From: an uncultured Actinomycetota bacterium
GTDB lineage: Bacteria > Actinomycetota > Actinomycetes > JAFAQI01
Assembly: GCA_963770565.1 (NCBI GenBank)
Contig: CAVYQE010000006.1
Coordinates: 131,395-195,394 of the forward strand
Direction: 5' to 3'
DNA: 64,000 nt
The stretch's first letter is position 1; every line of letters begins with the position of its first letter. A program made the position numbers and the translations under genes. The notes beneath the pieces are model-generated. The model worked only from the letters and a program-made list of their open reading frames with translations, ran no database searches and was not told the DNA's origin. Below are positions 1-9,442 of the stretch, one piece after another.

Positions 1-664
1 CAAGGACACCGACCGGACGGTGGATGTCGACGCGGCGATCGTCCGTCAAGTCTGCGCGCGGGAGCTACGCGAGTCCGACGAGAACGACACCGGAGAGAAC
101 GTCTTCTCGATGATGCGGCGGATCGGCCAGGCCAAGGCTGAGCTCGCGGCCGACTACACCGCCCAACTGTCCCGCAACGCCGGCAAGGTCGTGTTCTTCG
201 CCAAGCACATCGACGTGATGGATGCGGCCGAGCGGGTCTTCGCCAAGCGCGGCATCAGCTTCTCCTCGATCCGCGGCGGCCAGACCACCCGGGTACGGCA
301 ACAGAACCTCGACTCGTTCGTCAACGACGAGGACGTCCACGTCATTGTCTGCTCGCTGACCGCCGCCGGCGTCGGCATCAACCTTCAGGTGTCCTCCAAC
401 GTCGTGCTCGCCGAGCTGTCGTGGACCGCGGCCGAGCAGACGCAGGCGATCGATCGGGTCCACCGCATCGGTCAGGACCAGCCGGTCACTGCGTGGCGGA
501 TCATCGCCACGCAGACCGTCGACGCCCGGGTTGCCGAGCTCATCGGCGCCAAGGAGAGTCTCGCCGCGCGCGCACTTGACGGCGCTGACGTCGAGGTCGC
601 AAGCCTCGACCTCCAGCTCGAGACGCTCGTCAGCCTGCTGACCGACGCTTTGGCCCCTGGCTGA
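1..664 (+). CDS. SNF2/DEAD-box family helicase, C-terminal part (5' truncated by window)
   Basis: Helicase_C motifs KVVFFAKH, SLTAAGVGINL, QAIDRVHRIGQ; the ORF runs off the window start. Confidence 0.85.
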   Translation, partial: KDTDRTVDVDAAIVRQVCARELRESDENDTGENVFSMMRRIGQAKAELAADYTAQLSRNAGKVVFFAKHIDVMDAAERVFAKRGISFSSIRGGQTTRVRQQNLDSFVNDEDVHVIVCSLTAAGVGINLQVSSNVVLAELSWTAAEQTQAIDRVHRIGQDQPVTAWRIIATQTVDARVAELIGAKESLAARALDGADVEVASLDLQLETLVSLLTDALAPG

Positions 665-701
665 TACCTCCGACGCGCCGTGCGCACCGGGGTCGCCTGC
701 G

Positions 702-741
702 ATGGCGACTTAGGGGTCATAGACGACCCCTAAGTCGCCAT
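702..741. terminator. 17-bp perfect inverted repeat between convergent genes (bidirectional terminator / palindromic element)
   Basis: ATGGCGACTTAGGGGTC-6nt-GACCCCTAAGTCGCCAT. Confidence 0.7.
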
Positions 742-762
742 GATCTTGTACGAGGCGGTTGA

Positions 763-1632
763 CTAGTACGGCTTCTGCCAGATGCCGGCACTGGTCATGT
801 AGATCATGGTCGAGGCCATCGAGCCGGCCGACATCGCGTGGTCGACCGCGATCGTCGCGCCGTTGAGCTGGGCGTCGTCGGCGCACAGCAGCGCAAGGAC
901 CCGGGCCGCCTCGACCGGTTGGTAGACCAGCGGATTCGGCCGCTTCGGTCCGCTGTCGGCGGTCGGCTCGCCGGTGACGTACTCCGCGATCGCTGCCTTC
1001 GTCCGGTCGGCTTGCTCGGTCGCGACGCCACCGATCAGTACGGCGTTGACCCGCACCCCCTCGAGCACGTACTCGACCGCGAGGGTGCGGCTGAGCTGGA
1101 CCAGGCCGGCCTTGGATGCGCTGTATGCGGCCATCCGCGCCGGACCCTCGATTGCGTTGATCGACGCGATGTTCAGCACAACCCCGGAGTGCTGCTCGGC
1201 CATGACCCCGAGCGCCGATCGGCAGCAGAAGAATGCGCCTTTGAGGTTGGTGTCGAGGATGTCGTCCCAGTGCTCCTCGGTGGCGAGGTGCGAGGGCTGG
1301 ATCGGCGGAGCGCCTTCCGTACCGGCGTTGTTGATCAGGACGTCGAGCCGCCCGTGCCGGTCCACCGCCGCCGAGATCAAGGCGGCGCAGTCTGCGGTAC
1401 GGCGAACGTCGGTCGGCACGAACGTCACGTCGTGACCCCCGGTGCGAAGGTCGGACGCGAGCCGTTCCCCGAGCTCGGCCCTCCGCGCGCCGAACACGAC
1501 CCGCGATCCGGCCCGAGCAAAGAGCTCGACGATGCCGCGACCGAGTCCGGACGTCCCGCCGGTGACCACTGTCACCTTGCCGGCGACTGCCGCGATCGTC
1601 GAGGCGGACGGGGCGTCGTCAGCTGCTGCCAC
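763..1632 (-). CDS. SDR family NAD(P)-dependent oxidoreductase
   Basis: TGGTSGLG, NNAG, YSASK motifs. Confidence 0.93.
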   Translation of the reverse strand: MAAADDAPSASTIAAVAGKVTVVTGGTSGLGRGIVELFARAGSRVVFGARRAELGERLASDLRTGGHDVTFVPTDVRRTADCAALISAAVDRHGRLDVLINNAGTEGAPPIQPSHLATEEHWDDILDTNLKGAFFCCRSALGVMAEQHSGVVLNIASINAIEGPARMAAYSASKAGLVQLSRTLAVEYVLEGVRVNAVLIGGVATEQADRTKAAIAEYVTGEPTADSGPKRPNPLVYQPVEAARVLALLCADDAQLNGATIAVDHAMSAGSMASTMIYMTSAGIWQKPY

Positions 1633-2047
1633 AGGGATTCTGATCCTTGATGAACCCTTGGAATCCGCTCAGCTGCTCGCTGTAGTCGTGCTGGGTGAGG
1701 TGGGTGAAGACCGCGCGGTATCCGACCGTGTCGCCGGGGGTGATCTTGGAGTTGTTCTCGACCGGGGTCGCGGTGATCCGCTCGAGGTCGAGGCTGTCGC
1801 GGTTGAGCGCGGCGATGCTGACGACCGGGCAGTACGACGTCTTCCCGGAGCGGTTGCGCACGGTGACCTGTACCGATGCGATTAGCCCGTCGCGACGGAT
1901 GATCGCCTTGCTGACGACAAGCGGCGGCCGGTTGAGGGCCGCGACGAAGGTCAGCGCGATCGAGATGATCAACCCGACGGTGGTGATCGTGACGAAGGCG
2001 GTGACCGGGGTTCGCTTGGACTCGCGGACGCGGCTAAAGAGACTCAC
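1619..2047 (-). CDS. Hypothetical membrane-anchored protein
   Basis: One N-terminal TM segment; overlaps both neighbours (operonic coupling). Confidence 0.65.
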   Translation of the reverse strand: MSLFSRVRESKRTPVTAFVTITTVGLIISIALTFVAALNRPPLVVSKAIIRRDGLIASVQVTVRNRSGKTSYCPVVSIAALNRDSLDLERITATPVENNSKITPGDTVGYRAVFTHLTQHDYSEQLSGFQGFIKDQNPCGSS

Positions 2048-4290
2048 GACGCGCCGTCCGATTCGGTGCCGCGGATCATCAGCCGGGCCACCACACCCTC
2101 AGCGAGACCGGCCGGCGCGCCCAGATCGCGGATCCCGGCCTTGTCCATGAAGAGCACGTGGTCGGCGACCTGCAACGCCGCCGCGACCGACTGCTCCACC
2201 ATCAGCACGGTGGTGCCGTTCTCGACCACCCGGCGGATCACTCTGAGCAGCTCGTTGGTGATCACCGGCGCGAGTCCCATCGACAACTCGTCGATCAGCA
2301 ACAGGTCCGGCCCCGCCATCAGGGCGCGGCCGAGGCTCATCATCTGCTGCTCGCCGCCCGATAACGTGCCGGCCGGCTGTGACAGGTGGCTGGACAGTGC
2401 CGGGAAGACGTCGAGGACCTCGGCGAGCCGCTCCTCGACGAGCTCCTTATGCCCGGCGAAAGGATACGCACCGAGCCAGAGGTTTTCGCGCAACGTCAGG
2501 CTCGGGAAGGTGGCCCGACCGCCGCTCATCAGCGTGATGCCGAGCCGCGCGCGTTGCTCCGGCGGTACGCCGAGGATCTCGGTCCCGTTGAACCACGCCT
2601 TTCCGTCCTGCGGCTCGAGCAGGCCGGCGATCACGTTGAGCAGGGTGGTCTTCCCGACTCCGTTCCGGCCGAGCAGGGCATGGCAGCCGCCGCGTTCGAT
2701 CTGCAGGTTGACGTCGAACAAGACCCGGATCGCGCCGTAGGAGAAGTCGACGTCTTCGAGCACGAGCAGGTCGCCGGCGTACTCCGCGGGTGGCTGGTCG
2801 GGCTCGTCGGTGGGCTCCATGGTCTCGGCGCGACCCTCGCCGAGGACCACCGAGGTTGCCGCGTTGACCAGGTGGGGCGGGCGCTCGTCGTCGTCGCGCT
2901 TGTCCGCGTCGCTGCTGGTGCCGGCGACGTACGCCAGGACCCTTGCCTCGTCGGTCGGGTAGGTCCGGATCGCGAACACCAGCAGCAGCAGGCCGGCGGC
3001 GGCGAGCATCGGGATCAGGGTCAGGAAGGCGGCGCGGAGCCCGAACGCATCGGAGAGGAAGCCGAAGATGGCCGGCGACGCGGCCGAGCACAGGCTCTGC
3101 AGCACGGTGTCGAGCGCGGTGCCGCGGCCGCGCAGCTGCGGACGCAGGACGTCGAGCCGGACCGCGTTGAGCGGTGGGATCGCCGCGATGATCGCGAACG
3201 CGCCGAGGGTGAAGAACACCAACATGACCGGCGTACTGCCGACCGAGAACGCGACGTAGAACAGCGGCAGCCCGAGGAGTCGGGCCGCGCCCGCGACCAG
3301 GACCCGCGCCGAGCGCCGGCCGATGTAGGTCAGGTAGTCGGCGATGTAGCCGGCCGACAGCGCGCCGATCAGGCCGCCGAGGGCGAACAAGCTGGTGGCG
3401 ACCGACGCCTGCGGCACGGTGAGGTGGTGGTAGCGAAGCAGGAACGTGACCGTCCAGACCCCGATGCCGCCGAAGAAGATGCTGCCGACGGCGGAGGAGA
3501 TCATCGAGACAGTGAAGGTGGGCACCCGCAGGATCTCGCGGTAGGCGTCGCGCAGTGAGAGCGCGTCCTCGTCGACCGCGGCCCGCGCACTCAGGCTCTG
3601 GTGCCGGCGATCCTGCTCGCCCCGCGCCGGCTCCGACAGCCGCCAGGCCAGCATCGCCACGATGAAGCCCGGGGCGGCGAAGAAGTAGAACGCCGAGCGC
3701 CAGCCCCACGCCGCCGCCATCGCGGCGCCGACCGGGATCAGGAAGAACCCGATCAGCTGGCCGATCTGGTAGATGCCGAGCACCTTGGACCGCTGGTGGA
3801 CCGGGTAGTAGTCGGCCAGCAGCGACTGAGTGGTCGGGACGACGGCGGGCGAGGCGCTGCCCAGCACGATCCGGGCGAAGAACAGCGTGACGTAGCCGGT
3901 GGCCAGCCCGGTCCAGAGCATCGCGATGCCCCAGACCGCGCCGGCCCAGGCGATGACTTTGGTCCGCGAGGCCCGGTCGGCGAGCGTGCCGAACGGCACC
4001 GTGCCGATCGTGACGACGACGGCGTACGAACTGCCGAGCAGACCGAGCGCCGCGTCGCTGAGCTGGAACGACGTCTTGAGGTACGGGAAGACGGTCGACA
4101 GGAGGTATTGGTCGCTCACGCTGATCGCGTACGCGGCGGTCAGCAGGATCAGCGGGTAGCGCGAGACGCCGACCAGTCGGCGGGTGACCTGGAAGGCGAC
4201 CCGCGGAGTGCGGATCGGTGCCAGGGAGGTGCCGCCGTCGCCGCCCGACGAGCCCGCGCCGCGAGCCGACGGCGGCGCGGTTGCGGTCAT
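2044..4290 (-). CDS. MFS transporter fused to a C-terminal LivF-like ABC ATPase domain
   Basis: ~12 TM with MFS motif A (GTLADRASR), then Walker A GRNGVGKT, LSGGEQQ, LLLIDE. Confidence 0.88.
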   Translation of the reverse strand: MTATAPPSARGAGSSGGDGGTSLAPIRTPRVAFQVTRRLVGVSRYPLILLTAAYAISVSDQYLLSTVFPYLKTSFQLSDAALGLLGSSYAVVVTIGTVPFGTLADRASRTKVIAWAGAVWGIAMLWTGLATGYVTLFFARIVLGSASPAVVPTTQSLLADYYPVHQRSKVLGIYQIGQLIGFFLIPVGAAMAAAWGWRSAFYFFAAPGFIVAMLAWRLSEPARGEQDRRHQSLSARAAVDEDALSLRDAYREILRVPTFTVSMISSAVGSIFFGGIGVWTVTFLLRYHHLTVPQASVATSLFALGGLIGALSAGYIADYLTYIGRRSARVLVAGAARLLGLPLFYVAFSVGSTPVMLVFFTLGAFAIIAAIPPLNAVRLDVLRPQLRGRGTALDTVLQSLCSAASPAIFGFLSDAFGLRAAFLTLIPMLAAAGLLLLVFAIRTYPTDEARVLAYVAGTSSDADKRDDDERPPHLVNAATSVVLGEGRAETMEPTDEPDQPPAEYAGDLLVLEDVDFSYGAIRVLFDVNLQIERGGCHALLGRNGVGKTTLLNVIAGLLEPQDGKAWFNGTEILGVPPEQRARLGITLMSGGRATFPSLTLRENLWLGAYPFAGHKELVEERLAEVLDVFPALSSHLSQPAGTLSGGEQQMMSLGRALMAGPDLLLIDELSMGLAPVITNELLRVIRRVVENGTTVLMVEQSVAAALQVADHVLFMDKAGIRDLGAPAGLAEGVVARLMIRGTESDGAS

Positions 4291-4363
4291 GCGGGCGGCT
4301 CCTTTGTCGGGCTAGTGCCGGTGCAAGATGAGGATACTCATCTCGGGCCGACGGATGCTGCGA

Positions 4364-5488
4364 TCATCGAGATCCCCCGAGCCCGAGCGCGACCCGGGTG
4401 ATCAGGCCGCGCATGATCTCGGACGTACCACCCCCGATCGTCTCGCACAGCGACTGCCGCCACAGGAACTCCAGCCAGGTCCCGCGGACCAGCGCCTCCG
4501 GGGCGGCCAGGTCCATCGCGGTGCGCGCGATCCGCTGCGCCAGCTCGCTCCCGGCCAGCTTGTTGCAGGCCGCCTCGACCACGGCCGGGACCTGCGCCTC
4601 GACGGCGGCGAGCATCACCAGCGCGAGCGCCTGGACCTCGGCGAGGCCGACCGCGAGGTCGGCGAGCCGCGCGCGCACGATCGGGTCGCGATCACGCCCG
4701 GACTCGCGGGCCCACGCCACCAGGTCCTCGAAGTCGCGCAGGCAGCGCTTCGGGGCGAACTGCACGTGCCGCTCGGTCGCCAGCGCCTCGGAGATGATCG
4801 TCCACGCCGCGTTCTCGTCGCCGACCCGGTTGGCGACGGGCACGCGCACGTCGTCGAAGCGGAATTCGTTGAACCGCTCGCCGTCGATGGCCGGCACCGG
4901 CGACACGCTGATGCCCGGGCTGCGCCGGTCGACGATCAGCAGGGTCAGGCCGCGCGAACGGCTCTCGATTGTGCCGGTGCGGCACAGCATCCACAGATAG
5001 TCGGCCCGGTGCCCGCCCGAGGTCCACCGCTTCTCGCCGTTGAGCACGTACTCGTCGCCGACGAGCTCGGCCCGCAGCCGGACCCCGCCGAGGTCCGACC
5101 CGGCTTCGGGCTCGGAGTAGCCGAGGGAGAAGAACGTCGTGCCGGCGCGAAGCCCGGGCAGGAACCGCTCGCGTTGCTCCTCGTTGCCGTGGCTGATGAT
5201 CGTCTTGGCCACGATCCCGGACCCGAGCGGCGGTCGCGCGGCCCGCGCGTAGGCCATCTCGTCCCACAGCAGGTACTCGTAGACCGGCGACTTGGCCGCG
5301 CCGCCGGCGCTCTCCGGCCAGGCCAGTGACAACCAGCCGCGCTTGCCGAGTGCCTGGTAGAGCGCCCGTACGCCGTCGTCGTACGAGCCTTCGTGGTGAT
5401 AGAAGCCGTCCAGGCCCTGGAAGTCGCGGAGGAAGTCGACCACCTCGAGCCGGAACGCCTCCTGCTCAGGCGCGAGCGTTGGGTTCAC
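4364..5488 (-). CDS. Acyl-CoA dehydrogenase
   Basis: SLGYSEPEAGSDL, GEKRWTS, TIGGGTSEI; GTG start at 5488 overlaps upstream TGA (GTGA). Confidence 0.92.
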   Translation of the reverse strand: MNPTLAPEQEAFRLEVVDFLRDFQGLDGFYHHEGSYDDGVRALYQALGKRGWLSLAWPESAGGAAKSPVYEYLLWDEMAYARAARPPLGSGIVAKTIISHGNEEQRERFLPGLRAGTTFFSLGYSEPEAGSDLGGVRLRAELVGDEYVLNGEKRWTSGGHRADYLWMLCRTGTIESRSRGLTLLIVDRRSPGISVSPVPAIDGERFNEFRFDDVRVPVANRVGDENAAWTIISEALATERHVQFAPKRCLRDFEDLVAWARESGRDRDPIVRARLADLAVGLAEVQALALVMLAAVEAQVPAVVEAACNKLAGSELAQRIARTAMDLAAPEALVRGTWLEFLWRQSLCETIGGGTSEIMRGLITRVALGLGGSR

Positions 5489-6315
5489 GAATGCCCGTCG
5501 GTGTCGCGCGGCGGCTCGTACCACTCGGGCGTTCGCTTCTCGGCAAAGGCCTTCGGCCCTTCCTTGAAGTCCGGGTGCCCCCAGTGCATCCGCGCGAGCG
5601 CCCAGCCGTACTCCATCGAGTGGGTGTAGCCGGTCTCCAGCGAGTTCCATAGGGCCTGCATCGACAGCGTCACCGCGGCCGGCGAGTTGGCCGCGATCTG
5701 ATGCGCGATCTCGTCGGCGGTCTCCTGCAGCTTGTCCAGCGGGACGACCTCTTCGATCATCCCGAGCTGGTACGCCCGCTCCGCGGTGAGCCGAAATGCC
5801 TTGCCGCACAACGTCATTCGCAGCGCGGTGCCGAGCGGGAGGCGCTTCGCCAGCCCGATGTTCTCGATCGCGCCGACCATGCCGACGTTGACGTGGGTGT
5901 CGACGAAGGTCGCGTTCTCCGACGCCACGACGATGTCCGCGTCAACGACGAAGTGGAAGCCGCCCCCCGCGACCGTCCCGTTCACTGCGGTGACGGTCGG
6001 CTTCCACACCCGGTTCTGGCGCGGCGACCAGAAGACCTCGTCGGTCAGTGGGCCCTGACCGGCGCTCACCCCGCCGCGGCTCGCGACCGCACCCATGTCG
6101 GCGCCGGTGCAGAAGTGCCGCTCGCCGGCCGCGGTGACCATCGCCACCCGGATCCACGGGTCGTCGCGGACCTCGGCCCAGATCGCCTTCAGCGGTTCGA
6201 TCATGGTCGCGTGCAGCGCGTTCGACCGCTCGGGCCGGTTGAGGGTGATGTAGGCGATGTGGTCGCGCTTCTCGTAGATCAAGCCGGGCAGCTCGCCGGT
6301 CAGGTCGATGGACAA
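5485..6315 (-). CDS. Enoyl-CoA hydratase/isomerase (crotonase)
   Basis: ITLNRPERSNAL, FCTGADM, AVNGTVAGGG; TTG start after GGAGG RBS. Confidence 0.92.
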   Translation of the reverse strand: MSIDLTGELPGLIYEKRDHIAYITLNRPERSNALHATMIEPLKAIWAEVRDDPWIRVAMVTAAGERHFCTGADMGAVASRGGVSAGQGPLTDEVFWSPRQNRVWKPTVTAVNGTVAGGGFHFVVDADIVVASENATFVDTHVNVGMVGAIENIGLAKRLPLGTALRMTLCGKAFRLTAERAYQLGMIEEVVPLDKLQETADEIAHQIAANSPAAVTLSMQALWNSLETGYTHSMEYGWALARMHWGHPDFKEGPKAFAEKRTPEWYEPPRDTDGHS

Positions 6316-6329
6316 GGTTCCTCCTGTTG

Positions 6330-7268
6330 TCACAAGCCGTACGGAGCGAGGACGGCGGCGGTTGTGTCGGTGAGCATCGCGGCGAGCGCGGCGGTCTGGC
6401 GGATCTGCTGACTCAGGCCGCCGATCGGACCCTCGACCGTGAAGCCCATCGCGCCGAGCGTCTGGTGGGCGCGGTAGGCGGTCTCGGTCGCGGCGGTTGC
6501 GGCTGACTGGCGGGCGGTCACGGCCCGCGAGCGGCGGCCGGCGTCGTCGGTGTCGAACGCGTGCGCTGCAAGTCGAATCAGGGTGTCCGCGGCGGCCAGT
6601 TGCAGATGGCAGTTCGCCAGCGGGTGCGCGGTCGCCTGAAAGTCGCCGATCGCCCGGCCGAACTGCGTGCGCTGGCCGGCGTACGTCACAGCCGCGTCGA
6701 GCAGGCGCTGCCCGGCTCCGCGCAGGTACGCTGCCGCAGCGATCTCGCCGAGCGTCGCGGCCTCGGGCCAGGTCGGCAGCTCCTCGTCGCGTTCGAGTGT
6801 GCAGCGGCCCCACGGCTCGCCGGCCAGCGTCTCGACGGCTTCGATCGGACCGACGGCGTGCGCGAGGTACGCCGTACCTCCGTCGATCTCGACGAACACC
6901 TCCGCGACCGGCGCCCACGGCATGAGCGGCGGCACGCCCATCGAGACGAGGGTCTGGCCGGTCGCGATCCGGTCGGCGTCCGCTGGACCGAGCGCGCGGG
7001 CCGCGACCAGGGTCGCGATCAGCGGGCCGCGTACGCCGGCCCGGCCGAGCTCGATCCCGGTCGCCGCAAGCACGTCCGCGCTGCCGCCGTCCGGCGCGGT
7101 CAGCCCGAACACCCCCAACGCGGCCAGCTCGTTCCAGCGCTCGGGCGAGAACGCGGCCGGCTCGGCGCTACCGGTCTCGGCGCTCGAGGCATCGCTCCGG
7201 CTGCACATCGTGCGCACCGCGGCAGCGAGTTCGCGCGCCTCCGGCGAGTAGGAGAGGTCGATGCTCAC
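6330..7268 (-). CDS. Short acyl-CoA dehydrogenase subunit (FadE27/29/33-like)
   Basis: RTQFGRAIGDFQA, HQTLGAMGFT; shortened N-terminal/middle domains. Confidence 0.85.
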   Translation of the reverse strand: MSIDLSYSPEARELAAAVRTMCSRSDASSAETGSAEPAAFSPERWNELAALGVFGLTAPDGGSADVLAATGIELGRAGVRGPLIATLVAARALGPADADRIATGQTLVSMGVPPLMPWAPVAEVFVEIDGGTAYLAHAVGPIEAVETLAGEPWGRCTLERDEELPTWPEAATLGEIAAAAYLRGAGQRLLDAAVTYAGQRTQFGRAIGDFQATAHPLANCHLQLAAADTLIRLAAHAFDTDDAGRRSRAVTARQSAATAATETAYRAHQTLGAMGFTVEGPIGGLSQQIRQTAALAAMLTDTTAAVLAPYGL

Positions 7269-8194
7269 GCGGATCGAAGCGACCAGCGCGATTCGGCGAC
7301 GGCCCGGCCAGGTGGTGTCATCGCCTCAGCCTCCCGCACCAGGGCGGGAATCCGCATCGTCCACAGATGCAGGTCGTACTCGGTGGTGAATCCCATCGCG
7401 CCGGTGAGCTGATGGGTCTCGGTCATGATCCGCTTGGCGGCGGTCACCGCATGGGCGAGCGCGGCCGCGGAGTTCTGCGTCGGTGCGCCGTTCCAGGCGG
7501 CCTCCAGGGCGAGCCAGCGGCTGCCCTCCGCGAGCACCGTCGACTCGGCGAGGCGGTGTTGCAGGGCCTGGAACGAGCCGATCGGGCGCCCGAACTGGTG
7601 GCGGTCGCGGACGTAGGTGATCGTGTGCTCCAGGGCCGCCGTCATGGTGCCGACCAGCTCGATCGCCAGGGCCACCCGCCACCAGGCCGTCGCCCGCTCG
7701 GGCAGCACGCCCGGCACCACCTCGCCGGGATCGGATCCGACCCGTCCGATCGGATATCCGTACGCCGACCGGACCCGTTCGCCGTCGCCACTCGCGGCGA
7801 TCAGCCGGACCTCGTCGTCGCCCACGACCAGGATCGTGGTCGCATCGGCGACGTAGCGGGCCGGCCCGCGGGCGCCGGCGCGAACGACCGCGATCGGGCC
7901 GTCCGGCAGCTCGCCGATCGTGGCCGGCGCGATCAGGCAGGTCGCACCCGCAGTGATCACCCCGAGCGAGCGGGCGACCGCCTCGACGACGAGCGCGGCC
8001 TCGAGCGGTCCGGTGTCGGGACTCTGAAAGCAGCTCGTGTATCCGGACCGCGTCAGCTCCCACGCCAGCTCCGTGTCATAGCGCGGCTCGACCCCGCCGA
8101 GCGCGCGGATCCGGTCCGGCCCGGCGTGGCGATCGAGCAACGTGGTGACTGCGTCGAGCAGGGCCCGCTGCTCGTCATCGAGCACGAATCGCAT
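7265..8194 (-). CDS. Short acyl-CoA dehydrogenase subunit
   Basis: RHQFGRPIGSFQALQH, HQLTGAMGFTTEYDL. Confidence 0.88.
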   Translation of the reverse strand: MRFVLDDEQRALLDAVTTLLDRHAGPDRIRALGGVEPRYDTELAWELTRSGYTSCFQSPDTGPLEAALVVEAVARSLGVITAGATCLIAPATIGELPDGPIAVVRAGARGPARYVADATTILVVGDDEVRLIAASGDGERVRSAYGYPIGRVGSDPGEVVPGVLPERATAWWRVALAIELVGTMTAALEHTITYVRDRHQFGRPIGSFQALQHRLAESTVLAEGSRWLALEAAWNGAPTQNSAAALAHAVTAAKRIMTETHQLTGAMGFTTEYDLHLWTMRIPALVREAEAMTPPGRAVAESRWSLRSA

Positions 8195-8197
8195 CGC

Positions 8198-9343
8198 TCA
8201 GCGCTCCCGCGGAAGCTTCAACGCAAGCTGCGCGATCATGTTGAGCTGCATCTCGTAGGTGCCGGCGGCAACCCCGGCGACCATCGACTTGCGCAGCTGC
8301 TCGTCGGCGATCGACCCGTAGACCAGTCCCTCGTCGGCCATCAGCTCACCGGCGACCGCACCGACCGCGCGTTCGGCCTGCACCATCGCCGCTCTGGCGA
8401 GATAGACGTTCGGGCTCGGCGGCAGCCCGAGGCAGCGCTCGTCGATGACCCGGTACGCCAGCAGCCGGGCGGCTTCGCACGACGCCCGAGCCTGGCCGAT
8501 CCGCTCGGCCAATGAGGCCGAGAGCTCGATGCCGTTAGAGTCCGCCCAGTCGACCAGCTGGTCGAGGACGTACGCCGCCCGGGCGTACCGCGGCGCGCCG
8601 ACCCGCTCGAATGCGAGCGCCTCCCGGACCACCGCCCAGCCCTGGTCCTCGTCGCCGAGCCGGCAGTCGACCGGCACCCGCATGTCGGTGAAGACCAGTT
8701 CGTGGAAGGCGTGGCCGCCGACCACGGACGGGATCGCGTTGATCTCGAAGCCCTCGGTGTCGGTCGGCACAAGCAAGACCGAGATGCCCCGGTGCCGCTC
8801 CGCATCCGCGTTGGTGCGCACGAGCAGGTAGCAGAACTGCGCCGATGCGGCGTACGACGTCCAGACCTTCCGACCGTTGACGACGTAGTCGTCGCCGTCC
8901 CTCACCGCACGGGTGCGGAGCGAGGCGAGGTCGGAGCCGGCGTCGGGCTCGGAGAAACCCTGGCACCAGATCACGTCGCCCTTCGCGATCCGGGGCAGAT
9001 GCAGCCGCTTCTGCTCCTCGGTCCCGTGCGCCATGATCGACGGGCCGATCCAGTTGACGTTCATGTACTGCGGGCCGCGCGGCTCGCCGATCGACCACAT
9101 CTCCTCGGCCATGATCAGGTGCTGCCACGGCGAAGCGCCGGCGCCGCCGTACTCCTCGGGCCAGTGCGGCGTCAACCAGCCGCGGGCGGCGAGGGCTTTG
9201 GCGAATCCGAACGAATGCTCGACGTTGGCCTCGGATCCGAGCTTCTGGGCCTCGCCGGACCAGTCGTCACCGAGGTCGCTGGCGAGGAACGCGCGCAACT
9301 CCTTGCGAAAGGTGAGGTCCTCGTCTGACCACCCGAACTCCAT
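8198..9343 (-). CDS. Acyl-CoA dehydrogenase (FadE26/31-like)
   Basis: WCQGFSEPDAGSDLASL, NGRKVWTS, AAGTYEMQ. Confidence 0.93.
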   Translation of the reverse strand: MEFGWSDEDLTFRKELRAFLASDLGDDWSGEAQKLGSEANVEHSFGFAKALAARGWLTPHWPEEYGGAGASPWQHLIMAEEMWSIGEPRGPQYMNVNWIGPSIMAHGTEEQKRLHLPRIAKGDVIWCQGFSEPDAGSDLASLRTRAVRDGDDYVVNGRKVWTSYAASAQFCYLLVRTNADAERHRGISVLLVPTDTEGFEINAIPSVVGGHAFHELVFTDMRVPVDCRLGDEDQGWAVVREALAFERVGAPRYARAAYVLDQLVDWADSNGIELSASLAERIGQARASCEAARLLAYRVIDERCLGLPPSPNVYLARAAMVQAERAVGAVAGELMADEGLVYGSIADEQLRKSMVAGVAAGTYEMQLNMIAQLALKLPRER

Positions 9344-9442
9344 GCTCCACCTGCCCTCGGCACTGTCGGGGGATCTCGTTCAGTGGTCGGCGAGTATCCG
9401 TAAGAAGATTACAGGATACTAAATAGCGCGACAAGCGAACGA

